A DNA stretch of 55,560 nucleotides, counting the filler, from Sphacelaria rigidula (Eukaryota), in the NCBI GenBank assembly GCA_964200075.2. It is 4 parts of 4 records of this genome, joined end to end, with 100 filler letters (N's around TTAATTAATTAA, not from the genome) between each part and the next. Parts side by side here need not be neighbours in the genome. Positions count along the whole stretch, not along the records: positions 1 to 13,818 come from CAXNAA020002648.1; positions 13,919 to 27,734 come from CAXNAA020002649.1; 2 more parts are not named here. One strand, written 5' to 3'. Position 1 is the stretch's first letter; each line of letters starts with the position of its first letter. This document shows positions 13,341-23,722 of the stretch, one piece after another. The notes under the pieces are model-generated. The model was not told the DNA's origin. It searched no databases and was given only the letters and a program-made list of their open reading frames with translations. Position numbers and translations under genes: made by a program.

Positions 13341-13756
13341 CCTCCCCAAAGAGTCAATGGCCGATGGTCTTATGGCTATGGCATGCAGATCATGAGTACA
13401 GCTCCCTCCCGAAAGACCCACCGTAAGAAAAGGTCAAAGCAAGGCCCCCGCGTCCATTTGACGCCCATCTACACCTGCGCCGTACACCATTCTCTAGTTT
13501 CGAAGAGATGAAGCCGTATAACCCATGTTCAAGAAACCTATGGTGGCCGAAGTTTCCAACACGCACACACAGGCACAAACAATATGCAGAATGCCACGTT
13601 ATATCACAGGTTATTCAAACTTCCGACTAGACGACGTTTTCTGCAGAAGTCGTTGGTCATTCCGCAAAAGGGGTTGCGATAAACTACTGTACTATTGCAA
13701 TCTATCTCGGCGATCTGCATCACACACGATGATGCGGTGTTATGCGGTGCAAGCGG

Positions 13757-13818
13757 AGGGGGGCGTACTCATTTGTTGCTTGCCTTAGTCGTTTGACCAT
13801 TGACCACGCATCCCTTTC
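13757..13818 (-). repeat. Poly-C-flanked ~80-bp module, cut by contig end
   Basis: GGGGGGCGTACTCATTTGTTGCTTGCCTTAGTCGTTTGACCATTGACCACGCATCCCTTTC. Confidence 0.85.
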
Positions 13819-13918
13819 NNNNNNNNNNNNNNNNNNNNNNNNNNNNNNNNNNNNNNNNNNNNTTAATTAATTAANNNNNNNNNNNNNNNNNNNNNNNNNN
13901 NNNNNNNNNNNNNNNNNN
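13819..13918. other. Artificial contig-joining linker (N44-TTAATTAATTAA-N44)
   Basis: 100-nt linker with stops in all six frames; identical to the linkers at 27735 and 41649. Confidence 0.98.
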
Positions 13919-14330
13919 GGGGGGGGTGGTCCTTCTCCACAGGAATGGGGGGTCTATGGCCCAACCACCAAACCAAGAAAAAAAAAATACTCCCCCCCCC
14001 CCCCCCCCCCCCCCTCCTTGTCATGTTTCTTGTTATTTAGTTTGCTCCGTCTGTTCTATCCCTTATTCGTTTTATGTCACCTTTCTCGAGTTTCCTTCCA
14101 GGAATGTCTCCGATTTGCTCACCTTGGGCACGTGTATCTTGTAGATAATGACCCCGACTGGATCCCTCGGTGATCAGCTCATGTGCGATAATCAGTCGAG
14201 AGAAATGTTCATGTTTCTTCAAGTGCCCCCTGCTCCCCAAGGTGTGTTGCTACGAAGAATGAGTGATCGTTTTGCGGCCCCTTGGTGCCTTCAGTGGACA
14301 GAGACCATTACATACCCTGGACAACAGTTC

Positions 14331-14431
14331 ACATTGTGAAAAGTGTACTGCGTACAGTATGGAATATGTTGTCTACTGCAATAGACGCAACAGTCGATAC
14401 TGTACGCTGTGCGTACACTTTTCAAAATGTT
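14331..14431. mobile_element. ~90-bp mini-MITE (second copy, inverted, at ~26572-26660)
   Basis: AAAAGTGTACTGCGTACAGTAT...ATACTGTACGC..GTACACTTTT inverted ends; aligns with the reverse complement of 26572-26660. Confidence 0.7.
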
Positions 14432-14916
14432 GTTTATTGTCATTATCCACCGCTACCCTTAGAAGCTAGCTTGTCGCTGTTCGGTCGACTCCACGCTTTT
14501 TTCCCTCGTGAGAACACTGTGTTCCCACGGGAGACTCTCTACCGTGAGAGCCGTGCTCGTGTTGTGAGTCTGGGTTTGGGGACGTACTGTGGACCATAGC
14601 ACGCACAGGGTGCTTGAAGTTGAGAGTGATCTCTCCTCGGGATCGGGTCAGCTAGCAAGCTTCCCCATAGATGAGGACGAACCCGTTCATGGAAGCAACT
14701 CAGGGGGCTGGACTTGTGAAACCCCACGAATATCAGGAACATGACCTCCACACTAGTGATGGAAGGAAAAGTCATCTTTTTTTTTACTCTCGTGTTGCGC
14801 TTCGCTCCTTGATCATGATACCATGGCTTTCTACCCCCCCATCAGTTTGTGTACCTGATTTATCGTCGTTGTTTCCTCTCCTTTTTTTTTTCTTCAATTT
14901 TTTGCTCTCTGCCCAG

Positions 14917-15036
14917 AAATCGGACCTGGATATTGAGGTTGAAGAGAACGCAGGCGACGAGCAGTACATGTCCATCCTTTCGGAACACATCCCTAGGCTC
15001 ATCGAACAGATTCAACCGGATCTTATTTTCTACCAG
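14917..15036 (+). CDS. Histone deacetylase (HDAC11/class IV-like), internal exon
   Basis: Pyrimidine tract + cag|AAA...CAG|gtgatg, phase 0/0; KSDLDIEVEENAGDEQYMSILSEHIPRLIEQIQPDLIFYQ matches the HDAC region before the GxD zinc ligand. Upstream exons were not found and are probably off-contig. Confidence 0.9.
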
Positions 15037-16946
15037 GTGATGTGCCGTGCGCGACAGCATTTGACATATTTTATAGCCAAAAAACGTGTCCATGCAAGCG
15101 TTGTGATATCGAGGTACACCGATTAGGAATTTCGAGTGAGCGGTTTTGCTTGTTGTTTAGCGTAGAGCTCAAATACTCGGCTATGGGATGAGCGACCCAT
15201 GCATGCCTTCGCTGCCGGGGCACACAGAACCCAAACATTCTATGGTTACGCTGGAAACCTTCCACTTGTCTGCGTCGTACTTCACGAGCAGCAAAGTCGC
15301 GTGTTCTTTGTCCATGTGCTTGAACAGAAATTTCGCCTAGGGTGAGATCGCGTACATTTTTGTGTTGAGTGTACAGACGAGTCATGTGCAGTAGCACACG
15401 GTATGAAAAATGTGGGTAGCGCAAGACATGACGGTTTTGAAGCGAATGCAGTCGGGGTATTAAACTCATGTCCGGGAAAACGCGTGGAATGCATGCGGGG
15501 TGGTTGTTTTTGATGCGTGCCAGGAAATGTTGGTATAAGCGATGGGATGGATCCGCGTTGGAGAAACAGCTCCAATGATCACAGGGAAAGACTTCCCCTC
15601 ACGTGAATTATATGCCATATCGCAACGGAATTAATTGGTTGTTATAGCTAGAGCACTCTGCCGGATCTTGAATCCAGTAGATCTTTACACAGGAGAAGAG
15701 TTGGTTGAAGCAAAGCTACGCGAAGCTGTGGCCAAGCGTAATTTTAAGTGTGTGCGGCTCAGATTCCGTATTGCTTCGATAGTGACGCACCTTCCCCCTA
15801 ATATATAATATATATATATATATATTTCGAGATGATTGGAGGTCTCGGCGGCGCTTCGTAAACATGTCCCAACATTTGAAGGGCCCATGCACTGAAACAG
15901 CTCATACGAGAGTACCGCTCATCACACAGCGCGAGAATCCCCGTCGCTTTTGAGGGCATCTGCTTCGCCGGAGATGAGTCGCGCTCGAAGGGGACGGCGA
16001 GCGTGAGTGCACTATTTTTCGAATGTAAATACCTTGCGAAATCTGTACGTGCAAGAGGGGCTGGGCTGCACACACAGCCGCCATTTTCGGGACCGGACTT
16101 CCACCAACTAGGGCTGAACTCCTGGTTTGCACGCGGGGGCCATTTGTGAATCGGCATCGTTCTCCGTCGTTTCCAAGTGAAAATGGTGCCGAATCACAAA
16201 AGACCTTCACCCACGGTTAGTCCACTCCGCTCTCAAAGGGGATTTAATATCCTGCACATATTCAGAAACACTCCACAGTAATCAGATTATCGTTGTGAAC
16301 CACACCTTTGGTCATGCGATAGCATAGCAGACCATCCCACCAACCTCTCGTCGGGCTGCGGAACATGGGCTGTGGTGTTGCGCCAACGGTTCACGTCTTT
16401 TGAAGCTCCCCAAATGTCGGGTCCACAGCGTGGTGTCTTTCTCAATTCTCGAAACGTGACTTGTCTTTGATAACCTGTACGATGGAGCGTGTCGTTTTTC
16501 TCCCCACACGTGAAGTAGTTGTCAAGCCCACGACGTTTCTCATCATGGCGGGGTATATAATCGGTTACAGGACAGGGTAGGCCGCCCGCCTAACCCCAGG
16601 CCACTGTCTGTAACATGAGTGATGGTGCCACATCAACAATTGAGGCCTGGAAGAGATTTAGAAGTTCGTGTGATGGAGTACAAAACTACCGTGTCTTTCT
16701 GTCCCTGTCTGTGAAAGAATGGATACCGCAAGTGGTCGGGTCGTTCCGGGTGTTCCTATGTGTGTGTATGTGTGCGTGCGTGCGCGCGCTCCTGACAACT
16801 TTTGCCGCTCCATTTATGGACCCAACAGCTCTCAAAGTATTTTTTAGGGACGAAATAAGAAGAACAGTGAGTGCGGGACTATTTTCCAACCCTGGAAAAT
16901 CCCCATGTTGAATGCTCACCGTGGCTGCCGTTGGCGAAAATGACAG

Positions 16947-17072
16947 GGTGGTGTGGATCCCCTTGTGCACGACAGGCTAGGGCGACTTAGACTCACGAGG
17001 GAAGGCCTTCGCCGGCGAAACCGCTTGGTCTACAAAGCTGCTGTGGACACGCATACGCCGACTGTGGTGACG
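16947..17072 (+). CDS. Histone deacetylase, internal exon
   Basis: acag|GGT...ACG|gtacgt, phase 0/0; GGVDPLVHDRLGRLRLTREGLRRRNRLVYKAAVDTHTPTVVT carries the GVD..DRLG HDAC motif. Confidence 0.9.
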
Positions 17073-17723
17073 GTACGTACCATGCAGCCATGCTCAGGTT
17101 TTTGAGTATTGAAACGAAATGTAGAAACATGGCATCATTCAGCTAGTGTCAGGTGATGCCCGGTGTGCAAGCTTCACGTGTATGCTGTCCTCTGCCCTCG
17201 CCGATCAATGCGGGGATGGGATGGTGATGGCGGATAGTCTATGGAAATAGCTATAATCCATTCTCGACCCAAGGACGCGCAGAAATAAATACCGTGAAAC
17301 CACAATTCATTCTCGCGTTGTCCATGCCGACGTTTAGGCGTTACTGTCGATAGTGTGCAGGAAATTGGAGTTTGCCCTGTCCTCTCACCGCCCCCCAGCA
17401 TGTCATGCGATATATTTGTTCGCTGCGGACTGCTTCTCCACTCTACTTTTTCATTTCCATGAGGTTTAGATACTGTGAGACCCGCACTCGACAGAAAACA
17501 TCCAAGTCGCGAGTAAGCACAGGTTGAATAATCACATGCCCTGAGCCAGTCCGCTTCGTTTTGCCATTGTGTAGGTCCTGGTGTTGTAAAGGACGCTGCT
17601 GTTCTTGCAGATGCCTGCTTTCCCCCCTCAGACCCTGGTCTCTTGCTACAAAAAAAGCTCGTCTATTTCCCCTCGGTTTCACACCATTGCTGTCGTCACT
17701 TTGTGTTTGCGTAGCTCCGGTAG

Positions 17724-17897
17724 ATGGGAGGCGGCTACCAAAACCCGGGTCTTTGCCGACGCCTATTGTGGCACTTCAACGACATCGACCCTCTCCCCTC
17801 CCCCACTCCGCGCTCTTGCTTAGTAGGAACAGTGCTCCGTCTCGAAAGGGATGCCTGGTCAATGGTCAAACGTCTAAGGCAAGAACTATTTGAGTGA
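17724..17897 (+). pseudogene. Degenerate duplicate (or alternative) HDAC terminal exon starting MGGGY
   Basis: tag|ATGGGAGGCGGCTAC in phase 0 encodes MGGGY like the exon at 23573, then diverges and runs into a repeat at 17822; in-frame stop at 17895-17897. Confidence 0.5.
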
Positions 17898-17900
17898 GCC
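17822..17900 (+). repeat. Poly-C-flanked ~80-bp module
   Basis: GTGCTCCGTCTCGAAAGGGATGCCTGGTCAATGGTCAAACGTCTAAGGCAAG, preceded by a C-rich tract. Confidence 0.85.
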
Positions 17901-19408
17901 CCTATTCAGGAAGCGAACAGTTCACCCATTGAACCAGTGAGCTCTCACTTACCCCCTCCGAGCGCCAACTTGATAATGGGGCTTTTTACCCAAGAACATT
18001 CGTTGGCACGATACCTGATGGGGAATCAACATAACTCTACCAAGCAAGTCTTCAATTGCAGTTAGAAGTCTCACATGCTTGCCATGAAGCAACCCAATTT
18101 CATTTATGCGACAACAACCGTGACTACTGTGTGATGAAAATTGCATCAGATGCATGACTTGAAAGTGTCTTATGAGAGATTCAAACTGCACGCGAATGTT
18201 ATCGTACCTTCAAAACGACTACTTGTACTTTTTCTGCAACCGCGGTACTGCAAGATAGTCACACGAGATTATCGAAAGCTCAAGCAAGACAGCGATCATG
18301 CAGCAGATCTGAGGACGCTTGAAGTCCTTTTCATAACACAAACTCCACAACGAGTGATTAGCCCTTTGGGAACCTTCCCCTCCCCTCCCCGAGCCCGACG
18401 CCTCGTTATTTCAAGCTCTGGCAACGAAGAAAAGATGAGAACAGAAGAGACCGACGGCAACAATTTTACGGCGAGAGGCCACAGAAGCATCCACCAGCTT
18501 ACGTCGTGCGCGCACCAAAAATGTCACCCCGGTGCGGTCGGGTTAGTTTTGTCCGGTGAGGGACGCAACGGGTCAAGGGCGTTCAAGTTTGCGCACACAG
18601 CCAAAATCAGCACTTGCGTGCCTGAAGTCTATACAAACAAAAATCGGCAACGCTCGTCTATTTTCTACATACTGAGTCCCGTGCGGCAGTGGGGCACGTT
18701 ATTATACCGGCCTGAAAAACACGTTTCGGACTAATAGTTTTGCGTGAAAGTTGTAAATACTCAGCCATATGTCGTTCGAAAAAAACAGCACCTCGAAATC
18801 CACAATTTGCCAGTACCGAAAGTGTCAAAATCGCTATTTATTCATTTCGGTGCAGATGGATGCACTCGGAGTACTTCAAACCACCGTCAACGTTGACGCA
18901 GGTGCTGGACCCCCTTATTTTCGCTGATGATAATATGGTCGACGCCGAAGGTTCTCGGCCAAGATTCTCATTGCCATTGAGGCTCCAACACTCTTGATTT
19001 TGTCGATGAAGTACCGGTGACTTTTCTTGTCTTCGTTCCGATATCAGCGAGTTGCTGCTCCGTAGATAGATGGTGGATCTTGATCTTCCCCTCCTTCACC
19101 ATTTCGCGAATGTAGAAGAAACAAAAGGCTACGTGCTCTGTGCGAGCGCTGAAAGTCCGGTTGCCGGTGACGTGAAGTGAGTGAAGCGTAGCCATGTAGT
19201 CGATGTACATCAGTACGCTATCAAACTCCGCCTCGAATCCCAACTCCGTCATCATGTTCGAGCATAATACCGCCTGCTTCATTGCCAGGGCCGCAGCCAT
19301 CATCTCGGCTTCCATCGTCGACAAGGCCGCGAGACTCTGTATTCCCGGCTTGCAGCTCACCTGGGGCCGCATAATGTACGATGACATCGACCTGCCGTTG
19401 TCAGGGCT

Positions 19409-19592
19409 GTTGCCCGAATTACAGTTCGAAAACCCTGTGACGGCAAGTCCTCCCTTCTTGTAGATCATTCTAAAATCCGTTGTGCCGGCGAGGTATCGAA
19501 GTTGCCCGAATTGCAGTTCGAAAACCCTGTGACGGCAAGTCCTCCCTTCTTGTAGGTCATTCTAAAATCCGTTGTGCCGGCGAGGTATCGAA
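19409..19592. repeat. 92-bp tandem duplication inside Copia pol
   Basis: GTTGCCCGAATT...GAGGTATCGAA starts at 19409 and again at 19501, two substitutions apart. Confidence 0.95.
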
Positions 19593-19980
19593 GAAGATGC
19601 TTTGCAGCAGTCATTTGAATCTTGGGAGGTCTTGACATGACCCTCGCGAGCTGGCTGGTGGCGTACATGCAGTCGTAGCGAGTTACCTGAGCAAAATGTA
19701 TAATACATAACCGAGCCAGTGATGGCCTGGTAGCGCTGCATGTCCACCGCGTTGAGCAGCTTCTCCTCCGCTTGTTCCAGCGATAGCTCCGCGCCGAACC
19801 TGGGTGTTCCCAGGGGATTGCAGCTCCCCATGCTGAAGCTCTCCAGCACAGACTTCGTGTACTTTTGTTCGCTGATGGTCAGTGTGCCCTTCTCGCGATC
19901 CCGCGTGACCTGCATGCCGAGAGTAAGTGACATGTCCCCCATGTCAGTCATCCTGAACCGGCTCATGAGCTTCTTCGTAA

Positions 19981-20118
19981 CCCTTTGGGAACTGGAGTGC
20001 TGATTTTGTTTTGTGAGTCTTTGTGAATCGGCATCATTTTGACTTGAAAATGACTAAAAATCATGCCGATTCACCAAAACAAGAATCAGCACTCCCTGGG
20101 GGTCTCGTTCCCAAAGGG
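19981..20118. mobile_element. 138-bp MITE with CCC...GGG termini (piggyBac-like) inserted in the Copia RT
   Basis: TIR CCCTTTGGGAAC / GTTCCCAAAGGG plus inner inverted repeats; core also seen at ~24135-24190. Flanks GTAA/TTCA are only TTAA-like. Confidence 0.7.
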
Positions 20119-20562
20119 TTCATGACTTTGAGCTCCGGGATGTTTCCACCAGTGAAAGAAAGTCGTCATCGTGAAGCTCAAAGTATGGCCACCGTGTCGC
20201 TGTTCTTGTATGTGTGGCGTAGCACGTGTCAGGCTGGGGAGGCACGGATCCGATTTTCACCAGACACGAGTCGATGGTTGCCCACCAGTTCTGCGGACTT
20301 TGAGCCAACCCGTAGAGGCTCTCGTGCAACTTCACGAGCGGAACTCCCACCTCGTCTGTGGTCTCGTAGCCGGGCGCTATCTTGACGTACACCACCTGTT
20401 CGACGTCCGCATTGAGGAACGCCGTTTGCACGTCCAGCTGGTTGATTTCCCAGTCCAATTCTGTCGCTGTAGCGAGCACCACGCGGATGCTCTGACGTCT
20501 GCAGACCGGAGCGAAGGAGCCATCGCCATTCCTACCTGGCACCTGACTCCAGCCCTGAGCTA

Positions 20563-22083
20563 CAGGCTGGTTCACGTATCACCCAAAATTGCGTCATCAC
20601 CACATGCCTTTCGCGATACCTGACTAATAGTCGCATACATGATATTATACTGACCACCATGGACAGCTGAAGACCGTGACATAGCCAGATTTGTGTTTGA
20701 GGTCATACTGGTAGCGCTTGTAATAAAGCGAAAATATACTTCGACCAATCAGCGCCCTTCAAATTGTTCTGAAATTTAACGCACAAACTCCGAGCCTGAT
20801 TTTCACCGAGTCTCCACCTTCAAGTCATAGTAACCGTCATCAGCTCGGGAATCTAACGGGGAAAACATATTCGAAAACGCTCTAATCGACGTCGAATTAT
20901 ACCCGTAACCGTGATGTTTCGTTAATGTGGAGTTTCGGCGTCGTCTAATTTCCACTGATGATACGCACGAAAGACCCAGGGAGCCTCGTGACGGTTTCCC
21001 TTTTATCCGTTGTAGAAAATCTCAGATCACCCTAAAACTTGACAGTTCTGTAGGCATTGATGCTCTCAAGGGAAAAAATTGTGTTATTGACAAGATTTCA
21101 AAGTTCCCCCGTTCTCTACCGGCTTCCGGGGGTCCAAGTATAAAGACCCCCGGAAGCCGGTAGAGAATGCCTTAGAATTAAACGCACACCATGATGTGTC
21201 CCGCAATAGTCCGAGGAACACATGTCCAAATTTTGGTCGAGCAACTCGAGAACGTCACACTGTTTTTCATCCCTTCACGTAAAATTCACCCAAAAAAGAC
21301 GTTTCCATTTCAAGATCAAGTACTTAGGAGTTCGCACGTTTCAAGCTCACGTCCTCGCGCAAACGCGTAAACCTTCACGTAGTCATCGAGAGTTAGACCC
21401 TGAAACTTAACACAAATGTGATGTGGGTCATTACGCAGTTTTCGGTGGACGAGGTTTATTTGACTTTTTGACTTTTTCACCGTTTTCGGAGGTCCGACCG
21501 GAGCCAAGTCGTTTTTTCAAAATTGTCTCCATTCGGGGACCCCGGAAAAGCGGCACTGCGATTTGCTTGTCACTTTTCTTTCGCGAACGAGCTGTCGCCG
21601 CATGACCCAAGGAAGGGCCACAGAAAGTTCCGTGGCCAAACTCGATCACATTATGCCTGACTCTTCATGTTCACGTTGAAGCAGGCCCCAAAACGCCATT
21701 TTCATACTAGAATGAATCAGTTTGCGGTTTCATTGTGGCACGGAAAAGTTCATCGCACAAACGCGAAAAACTTCATGCCGTTTTTAGCAGTTGGATTCTC
21801 AAGTTTCACACAAAAATTGTGCCAAGGGTCGTTACGCAAATTTGGATGAACGACTTTTTTTTTTGTTCACCGTTTTACGGAGGTCCGACTGGATCGAAGT
21901 TTCCCTTGAATAATTGGGACCCCCAAAACACGGTGAAAGATCAAAAAGTAATGAAACCTCGACATTCGAAAGTTGCGTAGGGACCCATAGCACATTTGTG
22001 CGATTTTTCAGGGTCTAACTCCTTCAAAGCGCGCGAGGTTTTGCCGATGAGTGTTTTTTTGGCGATACGCGTGAACCAGCCTG
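20563..22083. mobile_element. 1.5-kb non-autonomous DNA transposon (TA TSD, CAG termini, Tc1/mariner-like) nested in Copia
   Basis: TA|CAGGCTGGTTCACG ... CGTGAACCAGCCTG|TA. Removing it and one TA restores Copia KGRLIAQGWSQ. Internal diverged duplication at ~21400-21550 and ~21800-21925. Confidence 0.92.
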
Positions 22084-23572
22084 TATCAAACGCCCCTTGT
22101 GCGTTCTGTCCGCCTCAACCTTGTACACCCACCTAGACCCAATCGCTTTCATTCCCCAGGGAATTTCGGGAGGTAGGTATGGGGGAGTGGACCCCGAGCT
22201 CCTGGAGACTCTTCAACTCCTTGTCAGATGCAGCTTTCCAGTGCCGTGCTTCCGGTAGCCTCATGACCTCCTTGAAGGTGCTCGGAATCATGGTCACCTT
22301 CTCCCCCTCGGAACGACTTTGTAGTTGGGTATTGATGGCGGCGAGGGTGTACTCCATATGATTCAGCGTGTCCTCGTGGTGGGCAACGTCCGCCACCACC
22401 TCCTTGGTGTAGTATGCTAGCGAATTCAGTTCGCGTGTTGGGATTGGAGAGAGGTTGGTCGCTGAATCGGGTCGCCGGGCGTACCGACGCACTCGGTGCC
22501 CCGTAAGAATGTCTGCTCCACGTGTTGGAACGCGAGATACCTTCCGCAGTAGACGAAGACGCTTCCCCTGAGGTAGATGGACGCCCTCCCTGAAGTAGAT
22601 GGAGATGGTATCTCGCGTTCCAACACGCGGAGTAGACATTCTTACGGGGCACCGAGTACGTCGGTACGCCGGGCGACCCGATTCAGCGACCAACCTCTCT
22701 CCAATCCCCACACGCCCGACGACGGTGTTAGCGCGGCAACTTTGCGCGAACAATTCGCTAGCATGCTACACCAAGGAGGTACCAGAAGGACGCGCTGAAT
22801 CTTGTGGAGTACACCCTCGCTGCCCAAATCCAACGAAAACGAGTACAACACTTTATCGTTCCCAAGCCGTTCCAACCGCAGAGTGATACTTTTTATCTCT
22901 AGGCGCGATTGAACGGCGTCGAACATGCGAACAGCTCCCATGTTCGATGCCGCAGCTACAGAAAGTAGGTGCTGTCCAAAACCAGGCGCGATGGCGACTG
23001 AGAGTGCAACTGGGTGCTCGGTCGGTGACGGTACCGGAAATAGTGCCCGTTGGGACGTCTTCCACGACGTGTTTTCCGGCGGTAACAATCCCATGAGACT
23101 GCTTCCGCTCCGCGTAGTTTGTCATTCGGAATCGAATTTCTTCCGGAACAAGAGATATATACCCAAGTAGTTTACATATATATTATGCTGAATTGGAGCT
23201 TACGGTCAACAAAGCCTTGTAGAAAGCAATGGACTGTTGGGAGTCCATACTAAGAAATTGGAGAAGGAAAGAGTGAAAGAGTGGGGCTCGCGATGTGCTC
23301 GTGAGCTCTCCTGTGCTCTTCCCCTCAAGAACTCGTATCCTACTCTCATCAAAGATTCTTTATCATACGAGACCGTTACTCAGATGGGTCTACACTGTTC
23401 TAGACTAAATTCGAAGATTCTGATGTTTGATTTTTCCGCATAACGCCAGACGAAGCGTTGTACCTGCGCTGTGCTAAAATCCATCCTCAACAGCCCCCCC
23501 CCCCCCCCCCCCCCACCGCCCTGGTGTTCATCGATACTCTGACCTACCGCGTGTTATCCGTCGTGACGACAG

Positions 23573-23722
23573 ATGGGAGGTGGTTACCCCAAAAATCTTG
23601 ATCCAAGCTCGACGAGCTTCGAACACATCGTCACCTCACACCAAGACGTCTACTTGGACGCCGCACAAGCACTCCATGGCGCTACCCGAAGAGGCGCCGT
23701 GTTCCCGTTTGGAGGAAGATGA
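23573..23722 (+). CDS. Histone deacetylase, terminal exon (GGGY catalytic Tyr motif)
   Basis: gacag|ATG, phase 0; MGGGYPKNLDPSSTSFEHIVTSHQDVYLDAAQALHGATRRGAVFPFGGR*. Confidence 0.88.
   Translation: MGGGYPKNLDPSSTSFEHIVTSHQDVYLDAAQALHGATRRGAVFPFGGR

Larger units (their letters stand above)
18968..23160 (-). mobile_element. Decayed Ty1/Copia LTR retrotransposon (protease-region, RT, RNase H remnants) with nested insertions
   Basis: IAPGFGQHLLSV (~22980), PSTFKEVM..W..A.DKELKSL (~22200-22290), QLDVQTAFLNA, LHESLYGLAQSP, MTDMGDMSLTLGMQV, ALSTMEAE, QLADIGTK. Integrase and LTRs not recognised. Confidence 0.92.

Noticed and set aside
13863-13874. TTAATTAATTAA palindrome as a biological site
   Set aside because: It is embedded in Ns and identical at three junctions, so it is an assembly linker.
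23170-23450. Copia 5' LTR
   Set aside because: No matching repeat near 18700-18968 and no clear PBS or TSD.
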